Source: an uncultured delta proteobacterium (GTDB lineage Bacteria; Myxococcota_A; Polyangia; Polyangiales; B10-G4). From it: a stretch of 64,000 nt of DNA. The notes below the pieces were generated by a model. It worked only from the letters and a program-made list of their open reading frames with translations. It did no database searches and was not told where the DNA came from. The DNA is taken from NCBI GenBank assembly GCA_963727445.1, contig CAVSGI010000009.1, forward strand, positions 608,001 to 672,000, written 5' to 3'. How positions within the stretch are numbered: position 1 is the stretch's first letter; each line of letters opens with the position of its first letter. This document shows positions 36,916 to 44,951 of this stretch, in pieces. The position numbers were made by a program, and so were the translations under genes.

Positions 36916-37836
36916 ATGTCTCTCGTCTCTCTTGTCCGCGGTCGTCGCGGCGACAACGGCTTCGGCTACGCATCGACGGCGGAAGAGGTCACCGCCGGCG
37001 TCGACCTCACGGGCAAGAGCATCCTCATCACTGGCGTCAACTCCGGTATCGGCGAGGAGAGCGCGCGGGTGCTTCATCTTCGAGGCGCCCGCATCCTCGG
37101 ATCGGCCCGCAGCGCAGACAAAGCGGAGGGGGCCTGCAAACGCTTTGGCGACGATGCGGTGCCGCTCACGTGTGAGCTCTCGGATCCCGCGTCGATCCGC
37201 ACGTGCGTCGCGCACGTGAAGGCGCTGGGGATCCGGCTCGACGTGATCATGTGCAACGCCGGCGTGATGAACCTTCCCGAGCGCGAAGTGGTGCACGGTC
37301 AGGAGCGGCAGTTCTTCACGAACCACGTCGGACACTTCATGCTCGTCACCGGCCTGTTGGACACGCTCGCCGATGATGGCCGGGTGGTGATGCTCTCCAG
37401 CACCGCGCACTTCGGCGCGCCCCGCGAGGGCATCTGCTTCGACGACCTCTCCCTTTCGCGGAGCTACAACCCGCGCCGGGCGTATGGTCAGTCGAAGCTC
37501 GCCAACCTGCTCTTCGCCCGCGCCCTCGCCAAGCGATTCGAGGGCAGCCACCGCACCGCCAACGCCGTTCACCCGGGCGTGATCGCGACCAACCTGACGC
37601 GCCACATGAGCAAGACGGTCAACGCGCTCGTCCCGCTCGTCTCGGCCCTCGCCATGAAGAGCATCCCCCAGGGCGCCGCGACCCAGTGCTACGTCGCGGC
37701 CCACCCCGACGCCGCCCGGATCAACGGCGAGTACTGGGCAGACGTCAACGTCGCCCGCTCCTCGAAGAACGGTCGCGACCTCGCGATGGCAGAGCGCCTG
37801 TGGGAGGTCACGGAAGAGATCGTCGCCGGGCTCTGA
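36916..37836 (+). CDS. SDR family oxidoreductase (retinol dehydrogenase-like)
   Basis: ITGVNSGIG, CNAGVM, NHVGHF, YGQSKLAN (YxxxK), VHPGVI and QGAAT. Confidence 0.92.
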   Translation: MSLVSLVRGRRGDNGFGYASTAEEVTAGVDLTGKSILITGVNSGIGEESARVLHLRGARILGSARSADKAEGACKRFGDDAVPLTCELSDPASIRTCVAHVKALGIRLDVIMCNAGVMNLPEREVVHGQERQFFTNHVGHFMLVTGLLDTLADDGRVVMLSSTAHFGAPREGICFDDLSLSRSYNPRRAYGQSKLANLLFARALAKRFEGSHRTANAVHPGVIATNLTRHMSKTVNALVPLVSALAMKSIPQGAATQCYVAAHPDAARINGEYWADVNVARSSKNGRDLAMAERLWEVTEEIVAGL

Positions 37837-37842
37837 GCGCCT

Positions 37843-39588
37843 TCAGCAGCTCCCGCCGAACGGCGCGCAGAAGTTGTGGCCCGGGCAGTCGTGGCAGTAG
37901 AAGTTGCCGCCGCAGCCGCCGCCGCTGCAGACGCCGTTCGAGGCGCATTGGCACTGGCAGAAAGCCGGCGGGGCGGAGGTGTCGTAGCAGGTTGCGCGCG
38001 AGCCGTACTCCATCTGGCACATGGAGTTGGTGGAGCAGCCGCGGCAGGCGTAGCCGCCGGTGCCGGTGGAGCGGCAGGTCAGGCCGATGGCGTTGCAGCT
38101 GACGTTGCAGGCCCCGCAATGGCCGTTGGCGGTGAGGTCGCGACAGACGCCGCTGCAGCAGCGGTTCCATCTCCCGCCGCACGACGTCCCGTTGGGCACG
38201 CTCCGTGAGCAGTCGCGACTCTCCATCGTCGTCTGGGTGGTGCAGGTGCCGGCGACGCAGGTCTGGGCGTTGACGTTTCGCGATTGGGTTCCGGTCTCGT
38301 CGCAGTCGTCGGCCCATCCGCCGCAAGGAGCCCACATCTCGTAGGTGGTGGTGCCGCACGTCGTCCCATCGGTGTCGCGCATGCACGCCTGGCTCTCGCT
38401 GGTGGTCTCCACCGTGCACGTGCCCGAGACGCAGCGCGGGGTCATCACCATCTGGCTCTGCGTCCCCATCTCGCCGCAGGTGCCCTCGTAGCCGCCGCAG
38501 GGGCCCCACATCCCGGTGGTCACCGAGCCGCAATCGGTGTCGGAGCCGCACGCCTCGCAGAGCATGGTGGACTCGTTGCAGAAGGAGGGGCAGGGCGGCG
38601 AGGCGTGGGCGGAGCAGGTCCCGTCCGCGCAGCTGTCGGTGCCGTTGCACCACGAGCCGTCGTCACAATCGGCGGTGTTGTTCGTGCTGTGGCAGCCCTC
38701 CACCGGATCGCAGCTGTCGTCGGTGCAATCGTTTCCGTCGTCGCAATCGATCGCGGTTCCGCCGCAGGTTCCATCGGACTGACACGCGTCGTCCGTGGTG
38801 CAGACGCTCCCGTCGTCGCACGAGACACCGGCGCAATCGGCATCCGCGCAGTCGATGTCGCCGTCGCAGTCGTCGTCGAGGCCGTCGGTGCACGAGGTCT
38901 CGCTGGCGGGGCAATCGGGGCCGGCGTCGCTCGTGTCGAGGCTCGGCACGCAGCCGTCGACGGGGACGCAGACCTCGTTCGGCGCGCAGGACGCGTCGTC
39001 GAGGACCACGAAGCACTCGCTGTCGACGCAGCTCCCGCTCCCGCACGACACCGAGTCGGGGCACTCGGTGTCGTCGGCGCAACCGAGCGCACCGCAAAAC
39101 TCCGGGGTCTCGGGGCTGCACCGCGGGTCCACGCAGCGGCCGCCCACGCACGCCGTGAGCGCGGCGTCCTCGCCCGCGTTCGGGCAGACCACGTCGCGGC
39201 AGCTCCCGGTGACGAGGACCGTGAGCGCGTAAGTGCCGCTCATGGTCATGATGGTCGTCCGCTCCGCGACCACCGCGCCCGTCGCGTCGAGCAGGCGCAC
39301 CCGCACTTCGTGCGTCCCCTTCGGCACACCATCGAACTCCGCGATGCGCTGGCCCCCGAGGAAGCTCTCCCCCGTGGTCGCGACCCTGTCGGCGCTGAAG
39401 TCGGGCGTCCCCGGCAGCCCCATGGGGCCGACCTCCGTCCGGACGCCGACGAACTGCCGCCCGGCCACCAGGTCGGTCTTCAGCTCGACCAGGAGCTGAA
39501 AGTCGTCCCCCGAACACGAAAGTATGAAGAGGAAGAGCGGACAGGTCGCGGCGAGCAGCAGGAGACGACGTCCAAACAAGATGCCCAT
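37843..39588 (-). CDS. Cys-rich secreted/lipoprotein with disulfide-rich repeats
   Basis: ILSC lipobox; CTDGLDDDCDGDIDCADADC and CDDGNDCTDDSCDP repeats. Confidence 0.78.
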   Translation of the reverse strand: MGILFGRRLLLLAATCPLFLFILSCSGDDFQLLVELKTDLVAGRQFVGVRTEVGPMGLPGTPDFSADRVATTGESFLGGQRIAEFDGVPKGTHEVRVRLLDATGAVVAERTTIMTMSGTYALTVLVTGSCRDVVCPNAGEDAALTACVGGRCVDPRCSPETPEFCGALGCADDTECPDSVSCGSGSCVDSECFVVLDDASCAPNEVCVPVDGCVPSLDTSDAGPDCPASETSCTDGLDDDCDGDIDCADADCAGVSCDDGSVCTTDDACQSDGTCGGTAIDCDDGNDCTDDSCDPVEGCHSTNNTADCDDGSWCNGTDSCADGTCSAHASPPCPSFCNESTMLCEACGSDTDCGSVTTGMWGPCGGYEGTCGEMGTQSQMVMTPRCVSGTCTVETTSESQACMRDTDGTTCGTTTYEMWAPCGGWADDCDETGTQSRNVNAQTCVAGTCTTQTTMESRDCSRSVPNGTSCGGRWNRCCSGVCRDLTANGHCGACNVSCNAIGLTCRSTGTGGYACRGCSTNSMCQMEYGSRATCYDTSAPPAFCQCQCASNGVCSGGGCGGNFYCHDCPGHNFCAPFGGSC

Positions 39589-39651
39589 GAAGGTACACCG
39601 CTTCTTAGCGAGCTAGACGCCGTACCCCTGTCCGGTGTACGATATCTGCAC

Positions 39652-40392
39652 ATGCGTGACGTCCTCCTCATATCCATGGTCGTGTCGCTGATGGGCTGTG
39701 GCCGGCTCGGCTATGACGGCGCACCGACGGACATCGGGCTCGTGGGCCACTGGCCTTTCGACGACGCCGTGCTCCTGACCGACGCGTTCGGTGGCAACGA
39801 CATCACCTGCGATGGTGCCGAGTGCCCGACGTCCTCAGGGGGAGTGCTCGGTGGTGGCGCGAGCTTCGACGGATCGAGCTCCTGCGCCAACGTGCCCACC
39901 ATGGCGGATTGGATGAGCCCCGAGCTCACGATGTCGGCGTGGGTGAAGACGACGACGATGACGGGGCCCGTCGTGGTGCACGAGAGCGGCGACGGATGTC
40001 CCAGCCCCGCGATGGAGCTCAACGACGGCAGCCTGGGTCTGGTGCAGCTCAACACCTCGGACAGCTCGCACAACGAAGCCTGGACGCCCATCCCGATGAA
40101 CGGCGAGTGGCATCAGGTCGCGGTGCGCTGGGATGGAACCGACCAGCAGGTCTTCGTCGACGGCGTGTGCCTCTGCACCGCGACCCCCGAGCTCGCGCCC
40201 CTCGACAATCCCGAGCCGTTCACCATCGGGTGTTACCCCGGCGCGGGATCGATGTTCTCCGGTGAGCTGGACGAGGTGCGCGTCTACGATCGCGCGCTCG
40301 ATCCCTACGAGATGGCGAACCTGTACGCCGTCGGCGATCGCGTCGCGCCCCTGCCGATCGAGTGCCCGACGACCTGCTCCGAGACGCCCTGA
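39652..40392 (+). CDS. LamG (concanavalin-like) domain lipoprotein
   Basis: LMGCGRLGYD lipobox; LVGHWPFD, TMSAWVK, WHQVAV and FSGELDEVRVYDRAL. Confidence 0.85.
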   Translation: MRDVLLISMVVSLMGCGRLGYDGAPTDIGLVGHWPFDDAVLLTDAFGGNDITCDGAECPTSSGGVLGGGASFDGSSSCANVPTMADWMSPELTMSAWVKTTTMTGPVVVHESGDGCPSPAMELNDGSLGLVQLNTSDSSHNEAWTPIPMNGEWHQVAVRWDGTDQQVFVDGVCLCTATPELAPLDNPEPFTIGCYPGAGSMFSGELDEVRVYDRALDPYEMANLYAVGDRVAPLPIECPTTCSETP

Positions 40393-40398
40393 GAGCCC

Positions 40399-41034
40399 TC
40401 AGCGGAACTTGATGCTGCAGCCGATCGCGCGCGTCTCGGCGCGCGGGACTGCCTCGCCCGCGACCACCGCGGCGAGCGCGTCACGCAGGAAGCGGGACTC
40501 GACGTGCTCCTCTTCGTGGGCGTTGTCGTCGATGGCGCCGTGGTAGACGAGGCGCCCGCGGCGGTCGAAGAGGAATGCTTCGGGCGTCTTGGTCGCGCCG
40601 AAGGCGCGCGCGACGTTCGAGGTCTCGTCCACGACGTAGGGGAAATGCATGCCCGCGGCGCGCGCTCGTCTTTGCATCTCCTCGAAGGAATCCTCGGTGT
40701 GCTGGGCGGGGTCGTTCGAGTTGATGGCGATCACGCCGATGCCGCGGCCGCGGTACTCGTTGCCGAGGGCGACGATGCGCGCTTCCCAGGCCTGCGCCCA
40801 GGGGCAGTGGTTGCAGGTGAAGATCACCAGCGTGCCCCGCTCGCCGCGGACCTGCCCGATGGTCTTCGTCTCCCCATCCACGTTGCGCATCCGCACGTTC
40901 CGCGAGGGGATGCGGTCGCCGAGGGAGACGCCCTCGTGCGCCTGCGCCGCGGCGACGTGCGGCGTGAGCAGGGCGGCGAAGGCGAGGAAGGCGAGGGCGG
41001 AGAGAATGGGCGTTCGCATCGTCGTGGACCTCAT
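40399..41034 (-). CDS. Exported thioredoxin-family (redoxin/AhpC-TSA-like) protein
   Basis: Signal peptide; FTCNHCP, AINSND, FGATKTPE, YHGAIDD and GCSIK. Confidence 0.88.
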   Translation of the reverse strand: MRSTTMRTPILSALAFLAFAALLTPHVAAAQAHEGVSLGDRIPSRNVRMRNVDGETKTIGQVRGERGTLVIFTCNHCPWAQAWEARIVALGNEYRGRGIGVIAINSNDPAQHTEDSFEEMQRRARAAGMHFPYVVDETSNVARAFGATKTPEAFLFDRRGRLVYHGAIDDNAHEEEHVESRFLRDALAAVVAGEAVPRAETRAIGCSIKFR

Positions 41035-41600
41035 CAGCTCGCGCTCTCGGCGAGCGCATTTTCGATGGCGGGGCGGAGCAGCTCGAGATCGACGGGCCGC
41101 TCCCAGAAATGCTTCACCTCGCGGCTGGCATCGAGCAGAAGCGTGGCCGGCAGAGAGCCGGTCCACTCGTCATGAAGCGCGCGGATGAAGCGATCTTCGG
41201 ACCCCGTCTTCAGGTAGCTCGGGAAGGGCGCGCCCTGGGACCGCAAGAACACCAGCGCCGCGCCGCGCTGGGCCGGCGGGTCGGCGCTGATCAGCATCAG
41301 CCCGAGGCCCTGCGCACGATAGCGGGCGCCGATGGAGATGAGCTCCGGCATCTCCTCGACGCAAGGCTCGCAGTAGGTGGACCAGACGTTGACGAGCAGC
41401 ACGCGTCCCGGGTGCGCCCGCAGCGTGGCGGCGAGGTTGTCCGCGTCGACATCGGTCAGCTCTTCGGGGGCGGGCTCGGGCGTGGGCGCGGGTGCCTGGT
41501 GGACCTCCGGCGCCGGCTGCTCGGCCGCGCTCGTCTCCTCCGGGTCGTCGCACGCGCTCGCGGCGACGAGCGTCAGGCTCAGAGCGAGGAACATCCGCAT
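41034..41600 (-). CDS. TlpA family disulfide reductase lipoprotein
   Basis: ASAC lipobox; NVWSTYCEPCVEEMP and GSLPAT. Confidence 0.85.
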   Translation of the reverse strand: MRMFLALSLTLVAASACDDPEETSAAEQPAPEVHQAPAPTPEPAPEELTDVDADNLAATLRAHPGRVLLVNVWSTYCEPCVEEMPELISIGARYRAQGLGLMLISADPPAQRGAALVFLRSQGAPFPSYLKTGSEDRFIRALHDEWTGSLPATLLLDASREVKHFWERPVDLELLRPAIENALAESAS

Positions 41601-41644
41601 CGCTCCTCCCTCGGACGAATCGTGCCCGCCGTCAAGCGCTGCGC

Positions 41645-42364
41645 TCAGCCGCCCTCGTCCTTCGAGCCGACGCCGAGCGTCCGGCACGTCCTCGATCGTG
41701 GCACCTCTCTGGGGTCCGGTCCGGTGCCGAAGAGCGTGTCGAGGAAGGGCGCCGTGAAGGAATGCCAGTACCCCTCGTTGCGGAAGTGGTGCATCCGGTG
41801 GTTGCGAAACACGGTGCGCAGGTAGCGACCGCGCGGCCGATAGGGCGTGTGGGTCAGGTAGTGGATCCACTCGTAGAAGAGCGTCGCCGTCGTGAACGCG
41901 GCCACACCCGTGGCCATCGCCGCCCAGGTCGGCGTCACCGCCCACCAGAAGAAGAGGTGGATCGGGCCCATCACCCACAGCACCCGCGGAGGCAGGAGCG
42001 CCGTGGCGAGCTCGTCGGGGTGGCGATGATGGTGCCGGTGACAGCGCGCGAAGTACGGATCGAAGACGCGGCCCGCGATCGCGCGCGGCTTCATGTGAAG
42101 GAGCGTCTTGTGCGCGGCCCACTCCTGAAGCGGCCAGTAGACGACGACGCCCGCCAGCGCGACGGCATCGACCCACGTCGGCCTGCCCAGCAGCGCGCGG
42201 GCGACCATCGCCAGCGAGAGCTGCACCAGGAGCAGGCGCGGGCCCGAGAAGCCGAAGAAGTAGCGGGCGGCCCCGCCGAGCGTCCCGAGGTCGAGCTCTT
42301 CTCGCGCCCTGCCGGGACGCTGCAGCGTCAGAGCGATGGGGCTCGTCTGTACGGACCGCGCCAC
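41645..42364 (-). CDS. Sterol desaturase/fatty-acid hydroxylase family protein
   Basis: His boxes EWAAHKTLLH, HRHHHRHP, EWIHYLTH and HRMHHF; DTLFGT. Confidence 0.85.
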   Translation of the reverse strand: MARSVQTSPIALTLQRPGRAREELDLGTLGGAARYFFGFSGPRLLLVQLSLAMVARALLGRPTWVDAVALAGVVVYWPLQEWAAHKTLLHMKPRAIAGRVFDPYFARCHRHHHRHPDELATALLPPRVLWVMGPIHLFFWWAVTPTWAAMATGVAAFTTATLFYEWIHYLTHTPYRPRGRYLRTVFRNHRMHHFRNEGYWHSFTAPFLDTLFGTGPDPREVPRSRTCRTLGVGSKDEGG

Positions 42365-42537
42365 CCCTCCATTGTCGGCGACCCCGGCGGCGTTCGCAAA
42401 TCGTGCCGCCCTTCCGTTTGAATCAGGCCCGACCTTCCGACGTCCACCCCCACTCCGAGCCCGCGCCCAGGCTGTCGTTGACGGCTCGGGGGAGGGCTAC
42501 GTAGCATCCCCAACCTTCGGAGGAGGGAGACTCGAAC

Positions 42538-43224
42538 ATGACTTGGAAGAAGGCGATCACCCACAGTGTGCTCCTGGGCACTCTGCTCGCGGCCTCGGCG
42601 TGCACCATCCACGGGCGCGCCCGTGTCCGCACACCGCCGCCGCCCCAAGCCCGCGCCACCGTGACCGTTCAATCGAGCCAGCCGCCCCCGCCGCAGCAGC
42701 AGACCGTGGCCGTTCAGTCCAGCTCGCCCCAGACCGTACAGGGCGTCACCGTCATCGAGACGACCTGCACCCAGGGTGCGCAGGAGACCTGCAACAACGG
42801 TATCGACGACAACTGCAACGGTCAGATCGACGAGGGCTGCGGTTACTCCTCCGGCAACATCCAGATCACCCTCGCCTGGCAGGGCGGCGCGGACATCGAC
42901 CTCTACGTCACCGATCCCCAGGGCACGCAGATCAGCTATCAGAACCCCCGTTCCCCCTCCGGAGGTCACCTCGACCACGATGGTCGTGGCGCCTGCCGCG
43001 CCAACGACGCGGGCAACACGGTGGAGAACGTCTACTGGGATAACGCCCAGCCGCCCAGCGGCACCTATCAGGTGGCGCTCAACTACTACGGCGAGTGCAA
43101 CAGCCACGCGGGTCCCACCCAGACCACGGTCTCCATCTCGGTGGGCGGCCAGATCATCGGCGCCTACAACTACACGCTGTCGCCCAATCAGCAGGTGAAC
43201 CTCGCCACCTTCACCATCCCCTGA
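42538..43224 (+). CDS. Lipoprotein with a Cys/Asp metal-binding motif and a YfaP/DUF2135-like domain
   Basis: ASAC lipobox; ETCNNGIDDNCNGQIDEGC; ITLAW...DIDLYVTDP...GGHLDHD...ENVYW; GGAGG RBS. Confidence 0.82.
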   Translation: MTWKKAITHSVLLGTLLAASACTIHGRARVRTPPPPQARATVTVQSSQPPPPQQQTVAVQSSSPQTVQGVTVIETTCTQGAQETCNNGIDDNCNGQIDEGCGYSSGNIQITLAWQGGADIDLYVTDPQGTQISYQNPRSPSGGHLDHDGRGACRANDAGNTVENVYWDNAQPPSGTYQVALNYYGECNSHAGPTQTTVSISVGGQIIGAYNYTLSPNQQVNLATFTIP

Positions 43225-43272
43225 TCGCCACCGATTGGTAACGAAGCGCCCGCCGCCTCCATACTCTTCGAG

Positions 43273-44766
43273 ATGGCGGCGGGCTCCTCGGTGGCATCGG
43301 CCTCTCTGACCGCGGCAATGGTGGCCGCGGCCGGCGGGTTCGCCCTCGGGGGCGCGCCCCCGCCCTGGGTCGCGATCGCAGTCGCCCTGTCTTTTCTTCC
43401 CTACGCCGGCCTGATCGTCGCCCCGGCGCCCAGCGACCGACGCGCCCTCCACATCGCCCTCGGTCTGGCGACCGCCGCGGGGGTGATCCTCGTCGCCGCG
43501 CCCTCCGTGCTCTCGGACGACCTCTTCCGCTACCTCTGGGACGGCCGCGTCTGTGGCGCCGGCATCGACCCCTACCTCTACGCGCCTGATGCCCCGGCGC
43601 TCTTCTCCCTGCGCGACGCTCTCCACGCGCGGGTGAACAACCCCGAGATCCCGACGATCTACCCGCCCTTCGCGCAGCTCGTCTTCTGGGTCGCCGATTG
43701 CATCGACCACGCACCCTGGACCCTCAAGGCGCTCGCCCTCGCAGCGCACCTCGCCACCGTCGCCCTGGTCTTCCGCGCCACGCCCACCCCACACGCCGGG
43801 CGCGCCGCGCTCCTCTACGGTCTGAATCCTCTCGCGCTCTCGGAGTCGGCCCTCGGCGGGCACGTGGACGTCTTCGCGGGCCTTTCGCTCCTCGCCTTCG
43901 CCTTCGCCCTCGCCCGGGGTCGCGCCGGCGCCGCCATCCTCGCGGCGACCATCGCCACCGGCACCAAGTTGATCGGCCTGGTGGTCGCGCCGCTCTTGTC
44001 GTCACGCCACCGCGCGGCTGCGGCGTTTGCGTTCGCGCTCTCCGTCCTCGTCGCGACGCCGCTCTTCTTCGCCGGCCGCGGCAGCGATGCGGTGCCCGGC
44101 CTCGGACAGTACGCGCGGCGTTGGGCGGGCAACGCCGGCCTCTATCGCGTGCTCGAGTCGGGCGCGCGCGTCGGGGTCGATCGCGTCGCCGAGGCGACCT
44201 ACAGCGCCCACGATCAGGTGCGCGTTCCGGCCCTCGCGCCGGTCGTGCGCCTCCTCGACGGAACGCCCTTCGACCCGTGGGCGACCCAGGTGGCCGAGAA
44301 GAAGGAGGCGCCGGACGAGACCGCGTTCCAGCGCGACTACGCCGCCTCGATGTTGGCGCGGGGCGCCGCGTTCCTGCTCGTCGTCGGCCTCGTCCTTTGG
44401 CTCGTGCGCCGTCGCGTCCCGCCGCTCGCCGCCACCCGCGCGACGGTGCTCGCCGTCCTTCTCCTCGCGCCGCAGATCCACCCCTGGTACCTGCTGTGGC
44501 TCCTGCCCCTCGAGGTGGCCACGGGCGGCCAGGCGGGGCTGCTCTTCAGCGCGACCATCCTCGCCGGCTACGCCCCCCTCGCCACCTGGCTCTCGGAACG
44601 CCGGTGGGAGGAAAATTCCGCCATGGTTTTCATCATCCACCTCCCCGTGGTGGTTTTGTTGGCGTGGGAGATCTGGCTTTCGACGAATTCGCCGGGGCGG
44701 TCTATCAAGACCCTCGTCTGGGAGCGCTTCCGGCCGGGCGCGCGTGCGCTTGGGAAGATCCAGTAA
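43273..44766 (+). CDS. GT-C fold membrane glycosyltransferase (GT87/DUF2029-like)
   Basis: LSDDLFRYLWDGRV...DPY, TIYPP, NPL...E...GHVD and HPWYLLW; multiple TMs. Confidence 0.85.
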   Translation: MAAGSSVASASLTAAMVAAAGGFALGGAPPPWVAIAVALSFLPYAGLIVAPAPSDRRALHIALGLATAAGVILVAAPSVLSDDLFRYLWDGRVCGAGIDPYLYAPDAPALFSLRDALHARVNNPEIPTIYPPFAQLVFWVADCIDHAPWTLKALALAAHLATVALVFRATPTPHAGRAALLYGLNPLALSESALGGHVDVFAGLSLLAFAFALARGRAGAAILAATIATGTKLIGLVVAPLLSSRHRAAAAFAFALSVLVATPLFFAGRGSDAVPGLGQYARRWAGNAGLYRVLESGARVGVDRVAEATYSAHDQVRVPALAPVVRLLDGTPFDPWATQVAEKKEAPDETAFQRDYAASMLARGAAFLLVVGLVLWLVRRRVPPLAATRATVLAVLLLAPQIHPWYLLWLLPLEVATGGQAGLLFSATILAGYAPLATWLSERRWEENSAMVFIIHLPVVVLLAWEIWLSTNSPGRSIKTLVWERFRPGARALGKIQ

Positions 44767-44951
44767 GCGCTTGCCGTACGTGTCGTCTGAGCTACTACCT
44801 CCTCGCGCCGAAGCGGCCGGGAGGCAGACCCTCAACCCAAGGGTACAGGGAGTCCGTCAGTCCCATGATCCACTTCGATTCGGCGCCGTTGACCACTTCT
44901 TCCGGACCATCCTACGCTGCCGCACCTTCCGCCACCGAGACACCACGCGTA

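Noticed and set aside
42365..42537. Leader hairpin (CCGAGCC...GGCTCGG) upstream of 42538 as a riboswitch
   Set aside because: A single GC-rich stem with no recognisable aptamer features; expected by chance.
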